DNA of 64,000 nucleotides from assembly GCF_009914755.1 (NCBI RefSeq), contig NC_060926.1. One strand, written 5' to 3'. Both the position numbers and the translations under genes were made by a program. Below the pieces are notes generated by a model, which was given only the letters and a program-made list of their open reading frames with translations, was not told the DNA's origin and did not search any database. The stretch's first letter is position 1. Every line of letters starts with the position of its first letter. Source of the stretch: the human T2T-CHM13v2.0 reference genome, Homo sapiens. Positions 39,727 through 52,040 of this stretch are shown here, piece after piece.

Positions 39727-40218
39727 TGAGTAAAGAAAAAAATTATTCATGACACTTTTTAAAGAATGGTAAGGGAGACTTTACCGAGGGAAACTATCAA
39801 GATAGTTATAAGGACTACTGCGATGGGGCCTTGCAGTGGGGAGAGAAATTGGGCTCAACTCTGAATACAATGAGGAAAAGTAGAAATTTCTAGCCAGTTG
39901 GGGGCAGGGGGACGGTGTGGATGGATGAAAAATTACTAAGAGGAAACATCGGGGGTGAGAGGTGATTCTGCCTAAACCAAACTAACAAGATTATTGCTGA
40001 AGGCTGCCTAGGGGAGGGTGGGAGTGAAGAATTTGGTGAGATATTTGGCAATCAGATACTAAAGGTGGGGGATTCTGGCTAAATCAGCTTAACAAAATTC
40101 TTGTCAAAATTGGGTGATACAAAGACAGACATGAAAGTACAAAAGTCAAGGCCTGGTTGGGAAGAAGAAAATTCAGAGGATTCTGACTAAAGTTTGGTCA
40201 AGTAAAGACTCTTTGTTA
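39727..40218 (-). mobile_element. ERV1 solo LTR (MER31/MER67-like)
   Basis: Reverse complement begins TAACAAAGAGTCTTTACTTGACCAAACTTTAGTCAG; flanked by CTCCC at 39722-26 and 40219-23. Confidence 0.7.
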
Positions 40219-40736
40219 CTCCCAGCATCCAGGAGGGGTCAGCAGGCCTGAAGCCAGAGCTGCCCAGAGAAAGTCAAGTCAAGGACCTAACAAAACCAGT
40301 AAGAAAGAGCTGCTCTCCATCTACTGGGTTGCCAAGCTGGAGCTCTTGCTGTTCACTTTTTCTAGCATGTGGGGAGGGCCTAAGAATGAAGGCAAGACAG
40401 AAGACAGCAGAGCTGAGAGGTGGTGAAAGAAGCAATGTCCTTATCTTATCACTAAGTCGCTGTATCCTTCCATGCCTGAAGTCAGTGCACCCTTGGACTT
40501 CCCAATAATATGAGCTTATATATTCTTTTTAGTTTGTTTAAGCCACTAGGTTTCTCTCACTTACAATCAAGAGTTGTGACTGAAACAATGGGAACCACTT
40601 TGCACCGAGAGGCAGACTGCCGGCTTGCTGTTCCCTGCTGTCTGACTGTGTGACCACAGGTAAGCTCCTGGGACTTTTCCATCTGATTACATGAAGCCAT
40701 CGAACCAGGCTGATTCCTAAAGTTCCTAGTAGCCCT

Positions 40737-41213
40737 TGTTAGATATGAGTTCTAAATTTCAAAGAATCAATATGTCAGTATGTTCAATTCTTTGCCTTCT
40801 ACTTTTAAGCTTAACTTCCTCGTAAAGCAACCTTTTCCGATTACCTGCTCCACCCTGACTAATTCCAATAACCTGCTCATTCTCCACCCTGACTCATTCT
40901 GATTTCCTGTTCTGCCATAACCATTTTTTCCCACCAAACCACTCACCCCGTCACTCTCTTTAAATTAACCAATCGGAATTAGTTTAGCCTGTGCGGTCTA
41001 ACCCTAGCCAATAAGGGAACGACACAGCAGCAGGGGCTACGTGCGTCAGGGATAAGAACCCCTTCCCCTCCCTTGTCCAAGTGTGTGCTCACCATTGCTC
41101 CATCTGTAAGGGCGCACCCTTCTATAGAAGTACACTGCCTTGCTGAGAATTAAAAAGAACATTTTACATTCGAGTGCTATGTCTTTTGTGGCACCAAAAC
41201 TCCATTTTTAACA
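40737..41213 (+). mobile_element. LTR10 (LTR10A/F-type, HERV-I) solo LTR
   Basis: TGTTAGATATGAGTTCTAAATTTC...AACA; CTCCACCCTGACT(A/C)ATTC units; TSD CCCT at 40733-36 and 41214-17. Confidence 0.85.
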
Positions 41214-41478
41214 CCCTGACATTCTCTAAGTCACTCTCTAGACTGGACATTCTAGAGCAATGCTAAATCTAATTAAAACATAATTCTACAACTGATCTGC
41301 CATATTGTGATAATGATCAATGCTTTTGCGCCATTTTTAATTTTTTTTTTTTTTTGTCTTCAGTAGTAGTTTTGCTTTTGACAACACCAGAACAGTGTGA
41401 AGCTCTTATTCCCTCACTGGGGGGCTTTGACATCTCAGCACTGGGCTGAAAGAAAGTTATTTAAAACAACTTCAGTTC

Positions 41479-42014
41479 TGAAGCCATCCTCATAGGGTTA
41501 ACAATTCTGGACAGAAATAGAGTTATAATTAAGCATTAATCAGGCTTCACTTCGGCTGACTTCCTTGTAACTGAAAGTCATGGAACACTGGATACTGACC
41601 GTTCACATCCCCGTTGTTCCTATAGACAGGATTTCTGACATTAGATAGAATCGCCGATGTTAGAATCATAAGGCTTTTGTTTAAGAATTGATTAAGCAAA
41701 TCCTGAATTCCAGCAGAACAGCTGATGTCAACCAGTTTAAACACCCCCTTGGAGAAACCGAATCTGCATGAAAATAGAGTTTCTTCATCTGCCTGTCTCA
41801 TGACTTCACCCTGCACCCTCCCATCGATCAATGATCTCTACTTTGAACCCCTTAAAAACCCTAGCCTCGAACTCCTTTGGGGAGACAGATTTGAGGTTTC
41901 CTCCCACCTGCTCATTAGGCAGCCCTACAGTTAAACCTCCCTTTCTGCTGCAACACCATGTCTTGGTATATTGACTTGCTGTGTGCATCTGGCAATGGAC
42001 CTATTCCAGTTATG
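41479..42014 (+). mobile_element. ERV1 MER4-group solo LTR (MER72-like)
   Basis: TGAAGCCATCCTCATAGGGTTAAC...GGACAGAAATAGAGTTATAATTAAGCATTAATCAGGC...GGAGACAGATTTGAG. Confidence 0.65.
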
Positions 42015-43489
42015 CTTCCAGCCAATCAAATGGCACTGGCCCTGGTGGACCTGACTTGTCCATCTAGAATCTGATGAGCAGACACCTGACTGTGCTGCCT
42101 TGGCATATTTCATGATCACACAAAACCAAATTACTTAGTGCTTATTGTAGGTCAGACATTGTTATCCAGGTCTTGGGGTAAACAAAGGAAAAGAGGATCC
42201 TTGCTCTCCATTCACAGTTAACTGGGAAGACAAGACACAAGACACATACAGGACAGTGCAATGCCAGCTGCAATCTGTGCAACCACTTCAGGGAACCCTC
42301 TTTCCTTCCTCTGAATTTGGGATCAAGGTGGAAGGTGGCCCTCTCTAGAACTGAAGCCAAGATGGACAGGACCTGCCATCTGCAGAAGTAATCCACTTTT
42401 CTCTGTCTCATTTGGCCATTATGTTTGCCTTTAACATAAGGTGTGAGTGAGGGGTGAGGGGTGCCATAATCCCCCTCCAGGCATCCCTCACCCCTCACAC
42501 ACACTCTTTTTTTTCTGCCCTCCTCTACTTCTTTCTACTTGTTTTCTCATTTCTTCTTTCTGCACCTCTCTTCACCCTTTCCTTTCTGCTGGGCTTTTCT
42601 ATAGACACCAGCCTCTAATGTGACACCCAGGGGTCATGCAGAAAGTGTGCATTGAGGGGTAGGCAGGGGGTTGGAGGCATAAATGATTGAGTTCTTTAAA
42701 TAACATTTAATGAACAATAAACACAATCCAGCCCAGCCAAAGTGGTACTTAGCTACTAAGTACCCAGTCAATGGCCCATCTGTCATATTGTTAAGACCTT
42801 TAGAAGTTGTTTAACAAAATGTTAAATGAGATGACATTCAGCAGGCAGCAAAATGCTCGACTGCCTAATGCAACCCAAAAGAGCTGGCCTGGTGGCAGTG
42901 TTTGATATAATGCTTTGTATTCCCCTCCCAAGAACCCAAGAGCAGGAGGTCTCCCTGCCTGTCACTTCCTATCTTGGTAAAGTGAGCTCGGGTGGGAAGG
43001 ACACAATCACCATTGGCAAGGAGGCCATGGCCGGCTGATGAGCTGCTTTTCTGAGGAAGCATGACTGAGAGGGGGCACCTGGAAGTAAAGCCAGTGAAGA
43101 GAAAAAAATAATAACTCATCTGGAATTTCCTTCTCTCCTTTCCTTGTCACCAGTGAACCCTACCTCTCTCTCTGTTGGCCTTGAGGGGAGAAGGCAGGGG
43201 TGGTAATGAGAGCCGACTTTTTCTAAGAGCTGAAATATGAAGCCAATTACTAAGGGGAAGATTTCCAGCAAATTGGCTCCTGATAGCTCACATTTATCTG
43301 CTTTAGATTTGCATAGTCAGAGAGGAAAGGCTCTCTACTTTGGTCCAAATAACAAAAGTAGAATCTGTTCAGCAGGAGGTAAACAACTTATTCGGCCTAC
43401 CTTCAACTCTTGTGTCCAGAGTTCAGCAATTAAAGGAAGTAAGAAAACCACAGCAAGAACTGTTTTATAGAGGAAGAGAGGAAAACACT

Positions 43490-43574
43490 TTATATATATA
43501 TATATATATATATATGATCAATAAACACAAATGCAGCCCAACCAAACTGGTACTTAGCTACTAAGTATATATAA

Positions 43575-43618
<44 letters not shown>

Positions 43619-43625
43619 GTATATT
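43490..43625. repeat. Split (TA)n microsatellite with a 54-bp insert
   Basis: (TA)n at ~43490-43515 and ~43566-43624. Confidence 0.9.
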
Positions 43626-43736
43626 CTCACCCTATAAAAGGTGGGGTCACACAAAGAAAGAAAGCACCAAAACTTCCGTAATGACAAAAGTCTTCACTGG
43701 AGAGTAAATATAGGGGAGTCTTCACTGGAGAGTAAA

Positions 43737-45017
43737 TATAGGGGAGGAAAAATAATTTTCTCTCTACTCTACATATTTCTTAGTTAGGACAGTTTCTTTC
43801 ATCAAAAGACAGGTTAACAAGAGAAAAACAACAAAAGTTTAGTAACATGGATACCTCCTGTATACAAAGGAGAGACCCAGGGAAAAAATGAGTAAATCTC
43901 AAAGAGGTGGCTTCGAGTTCAGCCTTAAAAACTATAGCTCTGTTACAGTAGGTAGCTATTCAGACTTGAACAGAGCAGGAGAGGCCCCCCACCACCACCA
44001 GGAATATCAGACAATTATCAGGTGATGGTCAGATGTTTGCTAAACTGGCTCTCCAAAATAATAGTTAGTCACAGCTGGCACCAGGGAAAGGCAGTCTCTC
44101 AATAGATAGAAACACCTGAAACTGATGATAAACAGCTCCGATAAGATTTCAGGAGTTAGGCCATTGGGCTCAAGCATGCACACTAAGAGGCAAAATGGCA
44201 GAGTTTAACTGGTATACGACCTTCTTCTAAGAATGCTCAACTGGTAAGGGAAGAACACCTCAAATGAACATGCATACAACTCCAGTAAACACACTATGCA
44301 TGCAGCCCCTCCCAAGTGCTGGCGGGCCACTGTGCATGTGAACAGCCCACCCCAAAGGAAGACTCAGGGAGAAGGGACACAGCCCCTGGAAACATGCCAA
44401 CGTATAAAACCCCAAGTCAAAGATTCAACCACCCACTTGATCTCTCAAGTCGCCTGCTTGGCCCTCTTCCAAGTGTACTTCCTTTTATTCCTGCTCTAAT
44501 GCTTTTCAATAAATTTCACTCCTGCTTTAAAACTTGCCTCAGTCTGTCACTCTGCCTTATGCCCCTCACTCGAATTGTTTCTTCTGAGGAGGCAAGAATT
44601 GAGGTTGCTGCAGACCCACCCTTATGGATTTGCTGCTGCTAACAGTTCTCTGAAACAAAAACAGAAGGGTATGGGAGAAGGCAGGTTATGGGGAGGGGTT
44701 CGGGAAAAATACAATAAACAAGAGCAAGGTTTTTTCTGCAGATTTAAGTTGGTGCCTTCTCCACTGATAAGAGTCTCCAGGGATTTTTCAGTCATCCTCG
44801 TTTCCTGGTTCAGAGAGGGAGACAGCCTTACAAATGGAAGTTTCCTTTATAGATGTAAATTTTCCTTACAAAAGGGTAACTTCTACTTTATTTTTAGAGC
44901 TTTCCCTGTGGCTGTAGTCTCTCAAAGTAATCCTTATGCCAAAGTGGCATATTTTGGTATAGCATATTCCCATTTTCTACAGTCATATTTTTGGGTGGCA
45001 TATTCTGGTCTCCAACA
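43737..45017 (-). mobile_element. MER34-family ERV1 solo LTR (host of MER50)
   Basis: Reverse complement starts TGTTGGAGACCAGAATATGCCACCC; other end TAGGGGAGGAAAAATAATTTTC. Confidence 0.7.
43941..44644 (+). mobile_element. MER50-like solo LTR
   Basis: TGTTACAGTAGGTAGC...GCAGGAGAGGCCCCCC...TATAAAA...AATAAA...GCTAACA; TSD GCTC/GTTC. Confidence 0.8.
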
Positions 45018-45199
45018 TAAGTTTCCAAATATGTTTCACTGGTTTCCTCTTCCTCGGCTCAGAATTCCCTGGCATTTATCCTATAATACATTCAAACATT
45101 TACCTAAATGAAGGAACTATATACCCAGAAAATATAACCAACCATCAGAACCCTACACAAGTAGAAATTGTATTCACAGCTTTCTGGTTAAAAATAAAA

Positions 45200-46132
45200 T
45201 AAAATCTAGTATTACTGAAATGAATTCCCCACCTATAAAGCCATCTCACATAATTCAACAATAAGACAAATCACCAAATAACTTAATTGAAAATGGGCAA
45301 AGGATTTGAGCAGACATTTCTCCAAAGAGACACAAACAGCCAATAGGCATGTGAAATGATGAAATGATAAAATGATGCTTAACAACATCATTAGCCATTA
45401 GGGAAGTGCAAATCAAAATCATAATGAAATACTACTTCACATGTACTAGAATGGCTAGAATCCAAAAGACAGGTCGGAACCCTCATACATTGCTGGTAGG
45501 AATGTAAAATGATACAACTGCTTAGGGGCATATTTCCTCAAAATATTAAAGATGGAGTTACCATAGGTGTTAGTCCATTTGCATTGCTATAAAGGAATAC
45601 CTGAGGCTGGGTAATCTATAAAGAAAAGAGGTTTATTTAGCTCACGGTTCTGCCGATTGTACAAGCATGGCACCAGCAACTGCTCAGCTTCTGGTGAGGC
45701 CCAAGAAGCTTTTAGTCATAGTGGAATGGAACGGGGAGCCAACATGTCACATGGCAAGAGAGGGAGCAAGAGGGCAGGGATTGGGGGTGAGGTTCCAGAC
45801 TCTTTAACAACCAGATCTCTCATGAGCTCATTACAGCAGGGAGGGCACCAAGGCACCCATGAGGGATCCTCCCCCATGACCAAAACACCTCCCACGAGGC
45901 CCTAATTCCAACACTGGGGATCACATTTCAACATGAGATGTGGAGGGGACAAACATCCAAACCATATCACCATATAACCCAATAATTCTACTCCTAAGTA
46001 TATTATCAAAAGAAATGAAAATATGCATGCAAATAAAAACTTACACATGAACATTCACAGAGGCATTATTAAAAATAACCAAAAAGTGGAAACAGCTCAA
46101 ATACCCAAGAACTGATGAAAGATAAACAAAAT
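45200..46132 (+). mobile_element. L1M(B)-like 3' fragment interrupted by an MST LTR
   Basis: AAAATGGGCAAAGGATTTGAGCAGACATTTCTCCAAAG...AATTCTACTCCTAAGTATA. Confidence 0.8.
45566..45969 (-). mobile_element. MSTB-like MaLR solo LTR
   Basis: TTAGTCCATTTGCATTGCTATAAAGGAATACCTGAG...CAAACCATATCA; TSD CCATA at 45561-65 and 45970-74. Confidence 0.85.
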
Positions 46133-46476
46133 ATAGCTGGCCTTCCACATGTAAAGGTTTCATATCCTCAGATTCAACCAACCACAAATAAAAAATATTT
46201 GGAAAAAAATGGATGGCTGCATTTGTACATTATATGTACATATTTTTCTTCTTGTTGTTATTCCCTAAACAGTACAGCATAACAACTATTTATATTGTAT
46301 TTACATTGTATTAGGCCTTATAAGTGATCTAGAGATGACTTGAAGTATACAGGAGGATATGCATAGCTTATATGCAAATACTATGCCATTTTACATAAGG
46401 AACTTGAGCATCCTTGGATTTTGTTTTCCATGGGGCATTCCAGAACCATTCCCCCGTGGATATCGAGAGACAGTTA
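46133..46476. mobile_element. MER2/Tigger-derived DNA transposon
   Basis: GATTCAACCAACCAC...TACATTGTATTAGG...TATGCAAATACTATGCCATTTTAC...CCCCGTGGATATCGAG. Confidence 0.8.
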
Positions 46477-47481
46477 CACTATCAAACATCCTAGACAGGC
46501 CATTCTCTCTAAAGGATAACTGATCAGGATAAAGGCAGTCTGACAGAATATGGTTCTATCATTTCAGTTACTTGCAGAACAGTAACACCTCCCGTTATTA
46601 CCAACAAACACCCAAAGACTCAGGGCTGCCCATACTCAGCAGGCAGTAGCAAAACCCTAACTGCCATAGGAACAGAACACAGTCCTGCTCACCAGGCCAC
46701 ATCCTGCTGGGGAGTCTATTACATCCCCAAACTCAGGATGCCCTCCACTTGTGACATCCACCAAACCCCACACCCACCCCATCCCAGTCCTGTGCTAAGT
46801 GGAATGGTCTTTATAGGCTGGGCTAGTCCTGTCCCATTTCTGCCAAGAGCATAATATCCTGTTGTTGATCTCAATTAGAAAACTCAATTTGAAATGGGAT
46901 CCCTAGGTATAGTTACCAAACTCACTCTTTATTAAATACTTTCTGATACCAAAATATCTGGTCTTATACCTACCATTCCTGTTACAATCATGCAGCTGCC
47001 TGAAGCACAGCCAGATGGGAGGCATTCAATAAAGTTGCTAGCTTTCCCCCCATAATCCTGAGATTTACTGTGTTAATTTAAAGCCCTCAGACATCAGTGA
47101 CACCATACCACCTTGGCCAATTTTTCCTCAAGGAGTCATATGGGTTTTGTAAAGAATTCACTGTTAGATCAATATTAGCTTTAAAGAAAAAGTTGCACCC
47201 TGAAGTCAAAGCAACTGCGTTGCTAAACTACACTATAATATTTCTGTGTTATGAGAAAATGCTTACAGGTAAGAAGCATTATAGGTAGGAAGTTTATTTA
47301 AGTTCCTCCCACTCTCTCAGGAGGGCAGGAAATAAGAGACTTTGGATAGGTTTCTAAATTATTGTCAAAATATGTCTTTCCCACTATACACAACAATTAT
47401 AGGTACATATTATAGGTATAGGGAGAAAAGGGACTCTTACAGTAACAGTGGAGAGAACCCTGGACCAAGAGCCTGTAGGGC

Positions 47482-47680
47482 AGGGCTATCTAAAAGAACT
47501 TTCTTTGGTGATGAAAATGTTCTACATCTGTGCTGTCCAACATGGTAGCCACTAGCCACAGATGGCCACTGAGTACTTGAGATGTGGCTAGGGAGAGTGA
47601 GGAGCTGATGTTTCCATTTTAATTAATTTAAATTTAAACAGCCACCTGTGGCTAATGACTGCCACAATGGGCAGTGCAGT
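47482..47680. mobile_element. MER3 hAT element
   Basis: AGAACTTTCTTTGGTGATGAAAATGTTCTA...GGTAGCCACTAGCCACA...GTGGCTA. Confidence 0.8.
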
Positions 47681-49237
47681 GTGGCAAGGATGTGGCCTTG
47701 GGCAAATCGTTAAACCTCTCTGAGTTTTCATTTCCACTTTGGATAACTTGAGAGTGAAAATAAGAAATGTTTATGGCTTTTTGGAGTTGTTTCACTCTGC
47801 AACCCATGAATAAATAAAACAGGTTCAGATCTTTGGCCAAATTTAGAATCCTTCTCTCTTACTTTCCCTCTCTTTCCTCTTTCACACCATATGTTAGTGG
47901 CCCACCGTGGACCAGAGCCTCTAAGTACATAATCCCAAGCCAGCTGCCTGACCACGAGCACCACTCTTACTTTTCTACTAACACGGCGGCGGGGGGGGGG
48001 AATTTAAACTTCTCTTATTCCACTTTGTTGAAAATAAACCTGGCTGACCTAAACCATGAGCTTGATGTTATAATAAAGGCCATTTAACCTGCACGCTGAC
48101 CAGAATTCTCTCTCCAGAGTGGGGTCACAGGGCAGAGTTGGTGGGGAGGGACTGCTGGCTCCACAGCCCCCACATGACCGGCCCCCCACCAGCAAGGCCC
48201 CACTCTGCAATCCTTAGTTAATTTCAGAGCAGCAGTAGGCTACCTCCTACAAGGTTTGAAGGGACCTGGGAAGATCAATTACAGAAATGATTAGCATGCA
48301 AATGGCACCAGCAGGCTACGGGCAAGAACTCTCTCTGTAAGGACTGCAGAGGCCAGCTGAGCTAGGAATAAATCATTCTGCTATAAACAGAAGAAAAATC
48401 ATTAGCCTTTTTATCAATGGAAAACACTTTCTTCTACTATTTCAAGTGTGTTATTCTGAAATACTTTAATTAAGTGGTGAGAACTGGAGACTAAAAATAT
48501 AACAATCAAGATGAAGAACAGAGTCCCATTTTTTCCTAAAGACAGTGGATCCCCTACTCATGTCTTTTCTCTTACACTTTTTGAGTCCTTATACACATCA
48601 AAGATGTGGTCCTCAAACATCAGCCTACAGACAGGTGCCAGCTCATACTAATAGTTTTCCCGGTCCAGAGCACATTCTTAAAAATAAAAACACTGAATTA
48701 ATTTTTCATAAGACTAGGCTTATTCAAATTTTTTAAAATTGCTACTATATTTGTCCTAATTTTTGGTGTTAGAAAGTCATTTCTTTCATGAAATAATTGT
48801 AATCCTAAATGGGAGTTCATTTTTTTTCATCTTGTTTTTGGTTTTTGTAAACTCCCTTACTGGCAAAACTGAAAGTTAACAACTGCTGGCTTTGTATTGT
48901 AGGAGACCAGAATATCCCCAAAATATGAAGGACTGTTGAGCTTAAGACAAGAAGTAGATGCAGGAAATCTCTGTTCTCCCTCTATGAGCCTAAAAGCAGT
49001 AGATTTACAAGAACAAAAAGTACCCTGCCCATTTCTCTACCAGGGAAAACAAAGGTTACCACTGAAGACAGCTTTAGACCCTCATCAGCCTAGAGATGGT
49101 ACAAGAGGAAATCTACAGTAACAAACTTTACTAACCAGCCTTTATCTGCCATTCATTTGCCTTTTCCCAAGTTGCCACCTGTAGAGATTCGAAGTTCTTT
49201 TCCTTTGGCTTGTTATTTCTCTAAAAATTTACTATTC

Positions 49238-49368
49238 TAGCTACTCAGGAGGCTGAGACAGGAGGATCAGTTGAACTGAGAAATTTGAGGCTGCAGTGAG
49301 CTAGGATTGCATCACAGAACTCCAGCCTAAGCCACAGAGTGGGACCCTGTCTAGAAAAAAAAAAAAAA
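49238..49368 (+). mobile_element. Alu right-arm fragment (FRAM/truncated AluJ)
   Basis: TAGCTACTCAGGAGGCTGAG...CCCTGTCT plus A tail; TSD TTTACTATTCT. Confidence 0.85.
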
Positions 49369-49542
49369 TTGTTTACTATTCTTTGTTGAAGATGCTATAT
49401 AAGCTGGAATTCAAAGCCACTTATTCGACAACTACTGATTTTCTGGATGTCTCCCATGTATATATGAAATATACATGCTAATAAACTTGTTTTTCTCTTG
49501 TTAATCTGTCTATTATAGCAGGAGTTCATTCCAACAGAGAAC

Positions 49543-50074
49543 TGTAGGGGAGGGAAACCTTCCTTGCTACCATCTGAGGGTTTGATAATTGAGTCTACTA
49601 AATAAACTGGCAGTAGACAGATTAACAGGAGAAAAGGTATACAGATTTATCACATGCACAGGGGCATCATATGAAAGAAAAGTGAATACCCCAAAACTCA
49701 GTAAGTGAGATCTAGAAGCTTATATACCCTCTTCATAGGGATGAGGATGTGGGTGGTGTAGGCAATTTAGGAGACAGCAAATGAATTCTGAAAAAAGTGA
49801 ATAGGTGATAGCCTGTGACAAAGTCAGCCTGGGCTGGTACTTACCCCCAGTCTCTTCTGTGAGATCAGCCAAGCATCCCTGATCGATGAGATTCCCAGGG
49901 AGGGAATTCATGACAGTTGAGTTCCTCTTGGAGGATCCTCTTTAGGAAGACAAGGGGAACTTAGAGAAAGCCTCTGCTGCATCTGCTTTCTCCACATGCG
50001 TCAGCTGAGTGTAATCAGCACACCAAAGCATCATGTTTGCTTTCAGAAAAAGCATCATTTTCTGAACTCCTTCA
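49543..50074 (-). mobile_element. Second MER34-family LTR inserted antisense into the first
   Basis: TGTAGGGGAGGG...TTCTGAACTCCTTCA; perfect 4-bp TSD GAAC at 49539-42 and 50075-78. Confidence 0.7.
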
Positions 50075-50904
50075 GAACCTAACCTATGAGGATTATTATT
50101 ATTCCCCTACAGTGTTATGTCTGTTTAGCTGAGTGATAACATTCCAATATCTGGGACCCCCTGGCTTAGATTTTAGCAGAGATACTCCAGCTCTCACCAG
50201 TGATGAGCAGGCTGTGGTCATAGGAGGACTAAGAATGGAGCACCCTAGAAAACTCTATTTCTCTATTGTTCTCTTGGTGGAACAAATGCTTTGTCTAACC
50301 CCAGATATGGAAGAGAAAAACTTTCTGATTTCCAGGCCTGATAACATCATGACCCCAATGATCTCTGCTTGGAACTTACCAGCTTTGGATTTTAAAAAAA
50401 AAAAAGTACCTTGACAAAACATTGCACTGAAAGAAAAGGTATAACACGGCAACTGCAATGAACTTTCTATTCGTCTATCTATTCTTGACACAGATCACAC
50501 CCCTCTGGATGAGAGTGTCCCCAAGTGAGCATCGTCCTCACATCACCCCCATGCTTTTGAAAGGAATAAAGCAAGCCTCAATTTTGCTTACTTGAAGTAT
50601 CAGAAGGAGTAGAGTATCACCTAGGAGAGGGACTGGTAACCAGCACTTTCAAGGAAAATGCTGTCAGGCTAATGTTTGTACCTTCAAGAAACAGAGAATT
50701 CGCATGTAGCAAGAGAAAAATGTGAGTATGTGCATGTGTGGGTGAAGGGTGGATGGCGTAAGGCAAGATGGATGCTAAGGAAGCTGTAGTCAAGTAAGGA
50801 AGCCTAGAGGACTCTGGATGATCACAAAGATGGGAGCTAAAGGTTCCCAGATAAAGGCAAATCCAAGAGCAGTTCCCTAAGCAAGACCCACACAAAGGAA
50901 TTGT

Positions 50905-51110
50905 AGCCAACATATGTTGAGAGCTCGCTCTGTGCCAAGCACCCTGCTGAGCAATTTGCATAGATTAACTCATTGAGTGCTTAACAGCAACACTGTGAGA
51001 CAAATGCTAGTACTAGCCACATTCCATAAATGAGGAAACTAAGGTTCAGATAGGTTAAGTAATCTTCCTTAAGTCACGAAGCCAGTTGCTTGGAATCTGA
51101 ACTCAAGTGT
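50905..51110 (-). mobile_element. MIR
   Basis: TGTGCCAAGCACCCTGCT...ATGAGGAAACTAAGGTTCAGATAGGTTAAGTAA. Confidence 0.75.
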
Positions 51111-51664
51111 GGTATGATATCAGGGCCCTTGATGACAAAGACATCTTTGCTTCAAGAAATACAGGGGCAAGATCATTTCCAATGGATGCTTGAGACAGAT
51201 CGATTAGACCAGACCTTGAAAGAGCTATTTTTCAAAGGCTGTTTTAATCATTTCCATTACCATATTAAGGCCAATATTCTACCTGCTCTTTGGAGATGAA
51301 GTTAAAGTAGTATTTTTGGTATTTTCTTTTCTCAGAGTCATAGAAAGTTAGAACTACAAGGAACCTCAGAGACCATCTAACCCAGCTCCTTTATTTGACA
51401 ATATGATATAGAATCTCAGGAAGGTGAAATGACTATAGCAAGGACCTATTACTGACAAGTCAGCAGTCACTACAGAGCTCAAGTTGACAGTCTGGGTGAA
51501 ATGAGTGAATACATTGTTTGGTATATAACAGGGCTTCAACAATGTTAAAAAGTATTATCACATTATCATTTCAGTGTCTTAAGATAAATGAGCTCAGAAC
51601 TACTCACTCAGGCAATGGACTAAAAGAATTCTATAGACACAAGAAATTAAAAAAAAAATCTTCA

Positions 51665-52040
<376 letters not shown>

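Larger units (their letters stand above)
48898..50111 (+). mobile_element. MER34-family solo LTR (host of an Alu monomer and a second LTR)
   Basis: TGTAGGAGACCAGAATAT...AATAAA...TTCCCCTACA; TSD GTAT/GTGT. Confidence 0.7.

Noticed and set aside
42710-43746. CRISPR-like interpretation of the palindromic direct repeats
   Set aside because: Only two copies, ~800 bp apart, in mammalian DNA with no cas genes.
47984-48000. GGCGGC-G10 run as a promoter or CpG island
   Set aside because: Too short; surrounding sequence is AT-rich and CpG-poor.
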